Of a DNA stretch of 64,000 bases, positions 37,844 through 49,538 are shown piece by piece. The number at the start of each line of letters is the position of its first letter. Positions within the stretch are counted from its first letter, which is position 1. The position numbers and the translations under genes were made by a program. The DNA is from Klebsormidium nitens. Lineage: Eukaryota; Plantae; Klebsormidiophyceae. The stretch covers positions 50,369-114,368 of the forward strand of contig DF237126.1 of the NCBI GenBank assembly GCA_000708835.1, in the 5' to 3' direction. The notes under the pieces were generated by a model. The model saw nothing but the letters and a program-made list of their open reading frames with translations, did no database searches and was not told where the DNA came from.

Positions 37844-38888
37844 GTTTCTTCGCTCTGCCAGACAAACTAACGTTGCGATGAGAATTGACACCTTCCATTT
37901 AAGGTAGGTACTTAGGCAAAGGCCAGTTTGGCTGGTTCTTGGCAGAAAGCCGTACAATCTCAGCTCTGTGCCCGAGTCAATATAAGTGGTTGCGCTCAGC
38001 AGCTCTTGTGTCTAGACATTACTATGTTTCGTCAGTCAGTGTTTGCTTCAATGAAGCCGAGTGGCCTTCTTTATGGCGGGCTGATTCAGCAACTAATAGA
38101 AGTTCATTGGTGTGAAAACCATTGCCACCATAACATCGCTGCATTCTGAAAAGAGGCAATGGTCAACAAGTAGACGGTAAAGGATTCTAAAGCAGCCCAT
38201 TGGTAGAGACGATATTAGTGCCCTCTATCAATGCAGTAAGACCATGTTTGCACGCCTTCGCACGCCCTGAAGCAGAAAATGAAACCAGGAACCCCAAACC
38301 TTGCAGCTATAGGAGACGGCAACAACTGCATTGGGAGGGGTTACTGTTGGTGCAGACATCTTGCAGCTTGCCCTTCACCAATGCACTCCAACTTCGACGG
38401 ACCTAGTGCGAGTGCTCTTCGCATGTGCCTCGAGTCTGACTTGGAATCAAAAAAGAGTCAGAATGTGTTGCTGCGTCCATGGCTTACCTCAGGTGCAGAA
38501 CTGGGACCACTATATGCTGGTTCTTGGCTGCCTTGATACTGCCATCAACAAAGATGTAGCATTTGGTTGTGCTCAGCTCTGAATGGTCTGCACGCTGTTG
38601 GAAGTGGAGGTTTGCGTGCTCTTTTGACTCCACCAACTGCAGCTACTTCAAGCACTTGCACAGAATGTGGGCCTCGCACCAACGAAACGGGCAATGCAAT
38701 GCCTCCTCCTTACCCCAAAGCCAGTGACCTCTGTGAACCCCCTCCTACGTGTGACCTAGCGCCTTTCCAGAGACGGATGTCAACCTTCCAGCTCTGATCA
38801 GTGCGCTGCCCCTTGCTAGGCTTCGACCAGGATTCAGAAGTGAAGCGGGAAATTAGATAGTATTACAAGCAAAAGTATCTCGATAGTA

Positions 38889-38990
38889 CGGTATAGGCCA
38901 CTCATGTTGTGAATGAGTCGCCTGATCAGATTGGGATTGACGTATACCGGTATACGGTATTTGGAATAAGGGGACATGTGGCCTATACCG
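38889..38990. mobile_element. Putative miniature TIR element (Tc1/mariner-like, TA-flanked), 102 bp
   Basis: Perfect inverted repeat GTACGGTATAGGCCAC (38886-38901) / GTGGCCTATACCGTAC (38978-38993), with TA on both outer sides of CGGTATAGGCCAC. Internal perfect palindrome CGTATACCGGTATACG at 38941-38956. Confidence 0.55.
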
Positions 38991-39300
38991 TACCTAGGTA
39001 GTTTTCATGAATTGAGACTACGTTTGTCGGCAAGACACTTATGTACTCATAAGAACGACCCCTGTATTCAAACCAAAAACAAGCGACTATGTAACAGTTT
39101 CTTGCTTGAATAGAAGGGGGAAGGGGACGGGCTGCAGCGCTGCTGCCGCTGCACTGCCTGCAGCTAGCTGGCCACATGTTGACAACATCTCGTTTTCAGC
39201 TGACAGAACAACCTATGTAAAGAGCCGGTTGTGGTGGTGAGCGTTTGTGCATTGTGCAGCGTGTAGTATTGGCAGCATCTGGCACATAGAAGCACTCGTG

Positions 39301-41493
39301 ATGGCTACTTCTGCAGCAAAGGGGCAGGTGAGCGGCAGATTGTTGAAAAGCTGCGGTGTGTAATTTGAGCTGGACAATGTTTATGGACACCAGTTGAGCA
39401 AAGGTTCAGGGCTTGTTGCTTCTTTCTTAAATTCGCTCTTACCAGTTCTCACGTTGTATTTCTTTGTGTTTCTAGACTGATCTCCTCGACCAGATTGACT
39501 GGCCATCGGTGGAGTGCTTGAATGAAAGCTCGGACCACCCAGTTGCAAATGCACTCAAGCAGGTATGTTCGCTCATATAGCCCCCAGCCTCTGCTCTCTG
39601 CAAGATGCCTGCTTGTTGCATCGCCCTCTCAAACTTTTGAAATTGCTGAGAGCTGTATCGAGCCCCCAGGTGCATACCGGTCAACTCAGAACAATCCATT
39701 TCTTAGCTGCAAGACAGTGCTTGCGCTAGCTCGTCGAGCTCTTCTTCACCGTCATCTGTATTGATCTTTGACGGTCTAAGGAACTGTGATTTGCAGGGCT
39801 ACAGGGACGACGACGGCTTGATTTTAGAGAGTGATGCAGACGAGCAGATACTGCTCACAGTACCATTTCAACAGGTGGTCAAGCTTCACTCGCTGGGGCT
39901 GAAAGCCCCCTCTGACTCTGGTGAGATCTTCTCCACGAGCTAGAGACCTTTTACTTATGGCAGTGATCAGATCATTGCTCTAACCAATGTCTTAGGAGTG
40001 TCCAAAGGTTGTTGGGAGCACAGCTGAAGTCTCCGCTTGGGCTGTACGAATGGGAACCGCCATTGTTTGCAAGGATCAATGATTCTAAATCGAACGAGAT
40101 GCGTCGCATCTGTTTCCCAACATTCAGGGCGTCCAGGGTCTGTGCAGGTCCAAAGAAAGTAAAGTTATTCACCAATCGGACCAGCCTCGGTTTCAGGTGA
40201 GTGTCTGAGCTGACGTCAAATAGGATGGTGAAGGTCTGCACAAACTTTCTGCACTCCAGTCTAGCCGTACCTATCTGTGGGGCAGACCCAGGGGGCTGGT
40301 CTCTCTACAGCCACATACGTGTTTTCTTGGCTATCGATCTGAAGTCTCAGGTCTCGGTTCCTGCAGTGAAGCAACGGATGGGTTGGTTCCTCAACAAGAG
40401 ATTATCTTTACCCCCGAACAACTAGATGTAAGTCACAAGTCTTGCATGTATCAAGTTGCCTTCATGTTCAACCTTTAAGGAGGGACCCCCAAGACCAAAT
40501 GTCGGTGAAATTGTGCAAGCTCTATCACTTCTTGGCCGTCCCTCTTTACGAAGTTTCATATTCCGAAGCTCTGCAATTGCTGCAATTCGGCTGCAATCAT
40601 GGTCTTGATTCGAAGCTCTCTGCTTGCTGGTTTCTCAATTGTGAAGTCCCTCCTCAATCCAGGGAACACCCATACCCTTGAAGTACGTGAAATTCCAAGG
40701 TGTACGCAGGTGAGGTGCCTCCTACAAACTTCGTTTGAGATTTATCAACGGAAATCGGCCAACAGCTGTAGGATTGTATCTGACTTCGCAAGGCAACAAT
40801 CATCCCCGTATTGCGGCCAAGCACCGTTTCCTCTTGTGACGCTATGCTGACGTGACCTGTCCAACGGTTCTGTACACGCTCGGTTACTCTCATCAAAGCA
40901 ACTTTGTGTAGTGCAGCTTGACGATATTTGTAGAGAGTAATCAAGAGGACGAAGACACAACGAAGATCCAGAAGATCCTCCTGCTTGGTTCCACGTGAGG
41001 CCTCTTTGCCCCTTCTCTCTTCTGGAAAAGCCATTCAATCTCTCGACTTGTGATACGGCCCAGGCTAGGACTGGACCGTCCGTACTTATGAACCAACTTG
41101 ATTTGGTCGGTCCGACCCTGCTAGGGACCAGCGAGTAAAGATATTGCTCATCTGCTGATCCACAATCGGATTGGAGGGTCACCAGTCAGAAGAGCTTACT
41201 TCCGAAAATATAGACGATTGGAAACAGCTCTTGCGGTCATGGTGAGAGCCAGCTGGGTAAGTCGGGGGTAAGTCCGACGAGACGTGGTCCTTGACGGACT
41301 GAGAGTTGTCTTACTGGCTTCTGATAGGTGATATTGACGCGCGTGCTCATTGTGAGGTTTCATCTTCACTGAAAGTCTGTTAGGTTCTTCGAAAGTGGGG
41401 TTTCGACGAGCCGTGCTTAGCATTTCCAGTTTCCGCAGGGTCGAGACCACCGACATGAAGGCGCTGAAGAAAGTGGACGAGCACCAACATTGA
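39301..41493 (+). CDS. PITH domain protein (standalone, plant type), 8 exons, 175 aa
   Basis: Exons 39301-39327, 39476-39562, 39797-39920, 40148-40196, 40367-40427, 40663-40709, 40917-40994, 41439-41493. Motifs [68 protein letters not shown]. Confidence 0.93.
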
Positions 41494-42449
41494 CACGAAC
41501 TTTGCACCCAGTGCTTCTGTATTCTTGCGGTATGTGCATCGACATGTACCGACAGATTGTGACCCGGTGGTCACTTGCTTCGACCTCCTGTTTATCCGAT
41601 TTTACTATTTTCTGGCGATACATCCGTCAAACTTGTGAAGAAGATTCCCGCCAAGTGGCATCAATTTGCAGACGTGAGCTCCTCCGTTACAATGTTTCAG
41701 CTACCCCAATGGACTCGAGCATAGAGCGGTGTGCGATGTATGCAGCATTGATTGACATGTCACTTCGGATCTTTTGAGCTACCTATTATTGGTAGCTCCA
41801 GGCAATAAGTCCGGTGCACTTTGCATGCAAGTCGGCCACTGAATATACTAAACTGTGCAGCTCAGTTAGATATGCAATGCACTGAGTCGAAGTTAGATAA
41901 TCGAAACATGTCTGTGTACGAAGCACGTGGGCCGGCACCAGTAGCATACTCGGAATGGTTGAACAGCCCGTTAATGTGGCAGCTAGGTCCGACATGCCAC
42001 TATATAGCTTGCGTGACCACGTGTATATTGAGCAGGCTGCTTGTTGTCAGCCGCGATCGTGCACATCTATCATGCTCAAAGTATTCTTCAAGCTTGATTC
42101 CACGACCTTCGAGGAAAAGCGCACTGGCAGCGAACATAAGTTCTTCAATCGTTCAAACGTTCCACGGCAGGCGCCATCGCACCAAAATCCTGGATATAGC
42201 ATAAGATCTAGCAGGGCCTTGATTCCTACATATCAGTCATTGCGACAAGTACGTCCGTAATTGCAATTAAGAAGAGTACGTTCATTCGATTGAGCTACGT
42301 ATGTTGTCCGAACGTCGCTGCTAACTATGGCACGCCCCCAAGACGTCATCTAATTCAGAGGCACAGACATACTGTACATACGAGTCCTCCGCTGATGGAT
42401 CGGTGTCAAAATTAAGCCTAATTCACAAAGACAAATCCTTACTAGTGAA

Positions 42450-43833
42450 TCAGTGCGACGGTGGGGGCCCAACTACGATTACAACGAAAAGCAAAAACAG
42501 CCCCACTACAACAATCCCAGCTTTGAAAAAACGTTCGTCAGTCCAAACATTCAAAGCCGAGTTTTCTATGCGTCTGGTTTCGTCCTCTTTCTCATTACGG
42601 GCGAATTTGGGTGGTGGTCGTGCCTTTGGCCGCTCCACGTACGATTCCATTTGCTTTTGGCCCCCCTGAATCGATTTCGTGAAGCTCGACCAGGCCCCAT
42701 CCCAATTAACCGAGTTCTTATTTGCATCTGCATTAAGAAGAGACTTTTGAAAGATAGATTTGAGCTGTCAAACTTTCAACCTCCGTTTTCTTTTAGTATG
42801 CTCTACGAGTCCAATCTCTGAACATGACACAAAGCTGAATAGTGCCACGTCAAACCAATATTTACATGTTTTTGTGTTGGAGCCTGCAAATTGTGGAAGT
42901 GAGCGTCGCAGCTAGCCACCCATTCAGTACAGCAAATCCATGTGCCCACCTTTGTTAGCTTCAGAATCCTCCGGACCTTTGTTTGAACCGCTCTTTTGTT
43001 CACATCTGATCTGAGAAGAAGCCCGTCTTCGAAAAGCTCGATTGCTGAAACAGCGATCTGAAAACTGCATGTGCGAAAATAAGATAGGCTTCAGTGTCGC
43101 TGGCAGCAACTTTCCCAAATACCGAACTCCTAGGCAGAAGGGCCCGCCACTTTTTATTGTATGTGAACGCAGACGATAACATGATGACTGTCTTGGCAAG
43201 CTTGTGCTTCACTCTGTAGTCGAGCAATCAGGAGACAAAAACGCCATGCATAGTCATGCATATGAGCTCCAGAACCAATTTGACAAAAAGTATGATGGAG
43301 GGGTCAACAAAATGAAAGCAGCCTGCGTCAACCTTAAAAAGAACGAGATATTCTGTTTGACAGCTGGCAGTGAGTAGCGGAGGAGCACCCACGTTCTTTT
43401 CAACTACACAGGATTACGGCATTTCCTATGCTAAGTAGAAGTTGGTGGTACTTTCCCTTAACATTGGCCCGTAACAACCACTACCTTGCAAAAGAATACT
43501 ACTGTACAATGAGGGCCAGACTAAGTACTGCTAGACGCTAGACTTTTTCACCAAAATGAAAGCAGTTGCAAACGAAAGCCGTAAACCTGGCCGGCGGCAT
43601 CGACATTTGACCTCCCTCACGAGCTGCTTACAGCTGCAGCAAAAACCCGAAACAGGCAGCTTAGCAAGGGAATGAGATTGCTCACTGAAAGCATCACTTC
43701 TCATCTGTCTTACCTTGGCTGCTGCAAACAAGGGGAACTGTCGATGCAGCGCCTGTCGCTGCTGCGGTACACTGCAGACAGCAGCAAAGGGTGATGCATG
43801 CAGGCATTGGCAACAGGCCAAGGTCTGTGCCAT
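42450..43833 (-). CDS. Uncharacterised plastid-targeted single-pass membrane protein, 3 exons, 170 aa
   Basis: Exons 43833-43714, 43064-42950, 42727-42450 join in frame. Transit-like N-terminus ending RRRASSQIRCE, then VNWDGAWSSF, RRIENSALNVWT, and a C-terminal TM AGIVVVGLFLLFVVIVVGPPP. Confidence 0.75.
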
Positions 43834-44112
43834 CGCAAGCAGTTGCTCCCACCTCCTCGTAGGCGCCCTTTAATTGTATGATTCCAATGGCGCCTTCCCA
43901 CACTGCCACAGTATTGATCAATCTTCTCAACGTTTTCCAAACAGCCTTTCCAATTTCTCATCGAGGTCGGGGCTTTCAGCGTTTACGACTTTAGGGTTCT
44001 AGAATTGCATTGTTGGCCTGCTGGCATTTAGATGATCTCGCCAAAAGGGGTGTGGGCGCATGCTGGGCATGCTGACATTTTTGAACAGTTCAAAGTTGAG
44101 GTAGCGACAGAC

Positions 44113-44494
44113 CAATGTTCGTGGCGAAACTAATTATTCTCGCCAATTTGATTTTCGCCAGATTTTCGCCATTTAGTGTTTGGGAACGGGATTTCACCGG
44201 CCTGGCGAAAATGGTCAGGCCGTCAGCCAGTTTTTACATTCTCGGGTGTTCCCACCGGTTTTGAAGAATCTTAACCCTGCTCAGAACCCCGTTTCTTACC
44301 TCTGCTTGTACTTTGTCAAGTAGCTCTTCTGAGAAAACGAAGAAAATTAGGTCGGTATGGCAGATTCTAGGGCCGGGACACCCTACCGGCCACAACCGCC
44401 ACTAGGATTTTCGCCATTAGTGTCATTTTCGCCAATTAGTGTCTTGGAGGTCCTATTTAGTGTATTTCAGGATTTATTTTCGCCACGAACACTG
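44113..44494. mobile_element. Non-autonomous hAT-type DNA transposon (MITE), 382 bp
   Basis: TIRs CAATGTTCGTGGCGAAA (44113-) and the reverse complement of TTTCGCCACGAACACTG (-44494), 16/17 identical. Perfect 8-bp TSD CGACAGAC at 44105-44112 and 44495-44502. Clustered subterminal TTTTCGCCA and TTAGTGT motifs at both ends; no transposase ORF. Confidence 0.9.
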
Positions 44495-45051
44495 CGACAG
44501 ACGTTGAGGCTCCGCTCCTGTCAGGGCGCCTTCACTTCCTTTTAGTCTTTGCCTCTTCGTGGAGGCTTTTCTTTCTGACAGCATTGAGCGCCGAACCCCA
44601 GAGCCAGGATTCAAAAGCTGGATCGGAAGTTTGAACTGGGTGCTTGTGGAAGGCAGCAAGAGCAAACTTGTGGGTTCTTCTACATATCTCCTGTCATTCT
44701 ATTTGAACCATGCTGGTGGTTGTGAATTACAGTTTCCCAGGTTCCTTTCCTGACCCGTTTTATCGCGCATCTCATGGACCTATTTCCAAAAATCCTTTTT
44801 TAAATGTGACTAGATTGCGTTTGCTGCTCTTACGGGGATTGTTTTACTTCTGAAAATCTCGCTGAGCCATCTCTTCTTGATTGCCTCTTGAAGCATAGAC
44901 CACTTACAACGACCCGAGGAGTGACCGGCCAGTGTGGCGGCTCAGTGATTGGAGTGATGCTTTGCTCAGGGGTTTCGCTTGAGACACTCGCCTTATGACG
45001 CTACAGGTTGCAAAGGGTCCGGGCTATCTCCCCCTCCAACTCTCAGCTGAC

Positions 45052-45497
45052 ATGATTCATCCTGACCGGCTGACACCCTTTGGGAAGGTTGCTATCTTCG
45101 TTGGCGGGTGAGTTTGAGGAGAACGAGCTGAGTGATTCTACTTTCTTGAAGGCAACATCCTCTATAAAGCTCCACTGCGATCAGCCTTTGTTATGCCAGT
45201 TGCACCACCCGGACAATCAGTCACAAAACTGTCGGGGGCATTGTCAGTGTGTTCTCTACTCTGCAATGTGGAGTATCGCAGGCAAAGAGGTCGGTTTGAC
45301 TTTCTTGCAGGTGTGTGGTAGTCGCCCTTACCACCCTCGACATCCATCGCTCGATCCGTTACAATGAGCAGCCACCCTCCAAAGAGCAGATGGCCGCATT
45401 TGAGCAGCGCATTCACGACGTACGGCAGAATGAAGCGCTGAGGGGGTTGTCGGGACTGCCAGGCCTTGGAGACAGCGAGCCATCAAATAAGAGATAA
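45052..45497 (+). CDS. Small single-pass membrane protein of unknown function, 2 exons, 80 aa
   Basis: Exons 45052-45107 and 45311-45497 (GTGAGT donor, TTCTTGCAG acceptor, phase 2) give MIHPDRLTPFGKVAIFVGGCVVVALTTLDIHRSIRYNEQPPSKEQMAAFEQRIHDVRQNEALRGLSGLPGLGDSEPSNKR. Confidence 0.7.
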
Positions 45498-45607
45498 GAG
45501 TGTTAGATAGTGCAGCTGCACAGCAAGCTGACAAAGTAGTGCGACGGCGGCATCCCCAACGTGATGGTTACAGCAGCTATTGGATTTTCAGCAGCAGGGC
45601 TCAAGTC

Positions 45608-47331
45608 ATGGCACAGGTGGTCGGACTGATCTCGGACACGCATGGTGTCCTGCTTCCGGAGGCAGTGCGGGCTCTGAGCGCCGCCACAGGGACCATCATT
45701 CACGCCGGTGAGTAACTCTAATTCCTGGTCACTTGAGCCAGATTTCTTTCGAGGTGACTGGTGTACACGTGCTGAAGTGAAGTAAATGCTGGTACCTCTC
45801 TGAGTTGCCATAATTGGATCTAGGATCAAGGCTTTGTTTCAACGCCTTTCCAGTTATGGCCTCACCTACGAGGTTGGGACGACTGGCCTGCAACAGATTC
45901 GTCCAGAAGGTTCACTTAAAGACAAGTCGTCTTCGAAGACCTTTTCGTCACTTGTTGAGAGTTGAGCCATGAATCTATAAGAATCTGGGCACAGGGTGCT
46001 GGTTCGAGTCGCTACGCTCAAACATTGAAGCATTGCATCAGTGCAGGTGATATAGGTGAGCCACGCTACAAGAGTCGGCTCAAAGCCTCTGACCTCGTTG
46101 AAGAACTTGAGACAGGCACGGGATCAAAAGTCGTCGCAGTCACTGGCAATGTGGACGACAACTGCCCGGAAACGTGAGATCCTTTACTTCTTTCTTCTTC
46201 CGCTCGAGATCATGTTTTGTAATCATGATGACTTCATGGTGTTTAAGGCTTGTTTCTGGAGCGCAAAGAAGTTACTATTCGCATTGTGAATCGATTCCCC
46301 TGTAGAGCCTTCTTCCTGATCGCGCTGCTTTTGTGGGTTTCCACAATCAGATACATATGCGCCAACTTTGATGGGTGCCCTGTGAAATCCATTATTACTG
46401 AGATCGCTCAAACCGTCTTTTGCAGGGTGGCTCTGTACCCGGCCTTCCGGACCCTGAGATTGTTCGACAGGAAGTTCCTTGTCATGTAAGCCTGACATCG
46501 CTCAGATTTCGGAGAACGATTGCCTCTTTGGTTCGATCCGACCGATCCTGGCCAAGAGTGAACGAGGACTTTCCTCTCACGGCAGTTGCCATGATTGTAG
46601 TTCAGGTTGCTCGTTGCTCTACCCGGCGCAGGTGGCTCAATTTTTTTGTTGGAATAAAGATTGGCCTGCCTGCCTGGTCGCTCCTCTGTCCATATTGTAC
46701 TCTGGATAACTTGCAGCCACATCTGCGGCTTCCCACCAGCGGTCGATCCTCGGGCTGCGGACATCATTGCGGCTGAGCATCCGGACGTGGTCGTCTTTGG
46801 GCACTCGCATGTTCCTGGGGCCGAGCTCCATGAAGGGACTTTGTACATAAATCGTGAGCATTTGTCTTCGTCCTTAACACCGTTTCTTCTTGTCAAAAAG
46901 CATGGGGAGATTTCGTACATAACTCGTGAGCATTTATCTTCTTTCTTGACACCGTTTCTTTTTGCCAGACCCATGGGGAATACAGCTCTATCTTTCCGAA
47001 CCTCATTTTTCCTGACCATCGCATGTGGTAACCCAGGGATACAACACCCTAATCGATTCTATCAACGGACCCAAACTGGCTTCATTGCCTATTGTGGACG
47101 TCTCTTTTCTTATGCCTGAGTTTTGATCCTTGTACAGCGGGAAGCGCTGGGCCCGTTCGATTTCGCCTTCCACAGTGCATTGCCGTACTACATTTTGATG
47201 GGGAGTATTGTGTACGCTTTATTAGGCTAGGGTCTTCAAACAACAAATTGATGGCACTGCCTATCAATGTGAAACTTCTGTATGATTCAAAAGCCGGATG
47301 CTTTGAACTTGACAGACCCAAGATCCGGTAG
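45608..47331 (+). CDS. Calcineurin-like metallophosphoesterase (YfcE/MJ0936 type), 5 exons, 205 aa
   Basis: Exons 45608-45707, 46047-46173, 46426-46485, 46717-46853, 47138-47331. Metal motifs ISDTHG, HAGD, GNVD, IH, FGHSH, NPGSAGP are all present. Confidence 0.92.
46843..46979 (+). repeat. ~72-bp diverged tandem duplication spanning the exon 4 donor of the metallophosphoesterase
   Basis: GTACATAAATC|GTGAGCATTT (GT at 46854) and GTACATAACTC|GTGAGCATTT (GT at 46926); similarity continues through ACACCGTTTCTT..CATGGGGA. Confidence 0.9.
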
Positions 47332-49538
47332 GTCGAGTAGAGATTGTTTTACACATGGTGACGCTTGCTGATGTCAGGAGTGGCGCCGTAGTAAAGCAGG
47401 TATATATGCAGACGTCGATCGAAGCCACTGCGCTTTATGGTCAAGTCGATGTCGAACTGATACCGGCGAGGGCAAACTAGCATGAGCACCAGATCGAGGA
47501 GGCGATGACATGTCAGACAGTATTATAGAACCGCAGGCTGGCTCGCATTCTTATCATGGAAGCTGGATTGCAACATGACTCTGAAAGTATCTGCTTGTTT
47601 GTATTTCGTATCCCCTCATGTGGAGGATCAAAACGACGGTCGAAACCTACCGTAAGATTCAGCCGGTGGATCTCACAAGATGCCGCAAAGATGATCCAGA
47701 CCGCCGACCAGGCTGCATCAACTGATGGCCCCCTGATGACTATCGCTATATACATCCCTTGCTTACAAATTCTCGCTTATCCAAGCCAGCCTATTCAATT
47801 GTAGGCCCGACATCGTAGCTCGTGGCTCACTCATCCAATGCTGCATGAGCACTCCATCATAATATTACCGATCGCGGTAAATTTAGAGTGAGACGGATGC
47901 ACATCAACTTCGCTACTGAGACACTAGCAAAACGGGCTAGCCGTTGCTATCATGGTGCATGTTGTCTGTATATGCACGCTTACAATGATCGACGCGCTCA
48001 ACAAACTCCTGATCGGAAACAGCCCATGCCAGATCCAATTAAGTGACAGCAACGACATTTTTAATTAGACGGAAATTGTATGCCATGCATGACCACTGCA
48101 TGCAGTATGTACGTAGCTGGCATGTATGCATCATCATGTGAGCGGAGCTTTGGAATAGCGGGGCGCTGGGGCGCGCTCTCTGGCTCTCTAGTAATGGTAG
48201 GCTTTTGGATTGACTAAAATAGACCGGCCCGGGCACAGCTGCAACATTGACACCTAAGTTCAACAATGAGCCTTCAGGAAGTCCACTGAGGTAGTGCCTG
48301 TAGTGCGCCGCACCGTGCGCATGACTCAGGCTGCACTGCCACGCAGCGAGCCGCGCGGCCGACCGGCTGGCCGGCGCCGCGCGCGGGTCATGACGCGCGG
48401 GCGGAGGTTTGAGCAAAACCGCGCGCTGACCTCATCAAAGTCAAAGGCAAAGGAAAAGTCAACCGGTTGCGTGACTGAGAGCTTTTGATTGGTGGACACC
48501 AGAGCCACGTGATCAGAGACGCATGAAAGCTTTGACCGACATGGTAATGTCCCGAAACATACGCGTCGAATTGTTCTCTGCAGCGTTCCCAGTTATTGGA
48601 TGGTCGACGGAGGAGGTGTTGGCAACGACGGGACTCAGATTCGTAACCGACAAGACGACAGTTAAAAGTTGCGAGCATCAACGGATGGTGCACAATTGAG
48701 CCTTGGACGCAGCACTAGGACTAGCGGTTTGGTGGCGCCCTGCATGGAAGATTCCAGCAGAGCCTGTTAGAATGTCGGCAAGTAGGTAGGGCACAGGAGA
48801 GACAGAAGAGTTGTTGACTGGGCATGGGGCGAGATCGCGAGATCTGCATCATGTCCATCTGGCACCACCAATTGAACCGTGTTGAGAGTGATCTCGGTCA
48901 TCGACATGATCACAGGCAAACCCCCATTGGGGACGAAAGTCCGCAGCACTGTCTCGTCTAGCGCCGCTGCTTGTCACGCACCAGTTGCGTAGTACAAGGG
49001 GGCTACACCAAGCAGCTGCTCTGCCCAATTGTCGCGTAGAAGTCTGGCCAGGCAGATCCAAATGACTTTGACTGCCAACAAGTGATCTGCCTTAAGGTCT
49101 CTGCTTCAGGACTCAGAAGCTTTAACATAAGCAGAAGGCCAAGTGACGGTGACCAATCTTCAAAGACAAACTTTGCACGCTAGTACACCCACCACGTACT
49201 GACTTGCACTGCAATTGCCATAGCACAAATCACGCTCCTGAGAGCCACTCCGCTCGCGAGCAACAGTCTCAGTGCAATAGTCAGTAAGAAAGATTTGAGT
49301 CTTAAGCATACTGACTGATCAGCTGAGAACAGCCATCTACCTGAGCGGTAGCATCGCCGCAGTTGATCTTGGATCTCTATAGCAGACTTCTTCTAGATCT
49401 GCAGGTCTGGCTCTTCTAGTGCCTGACCAGTCAAGAGTCAAAGCCAGTCGAACAATCTGATCAGCCCGCACTAGAGGATGCAAAGGAGTGTCCTTCTGAT
49501 TGATCCAGTCCAGGCAGTTCAGAAGCAGAGAGTCCAAG

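Noticed and set aside
38460-38640. 53-codon open frame flanked by splice signals upstream of CLU
   Set aside because: No in-frame link to the CLU ATG or recognisable motif; more plausibly a 5' UTR exon.
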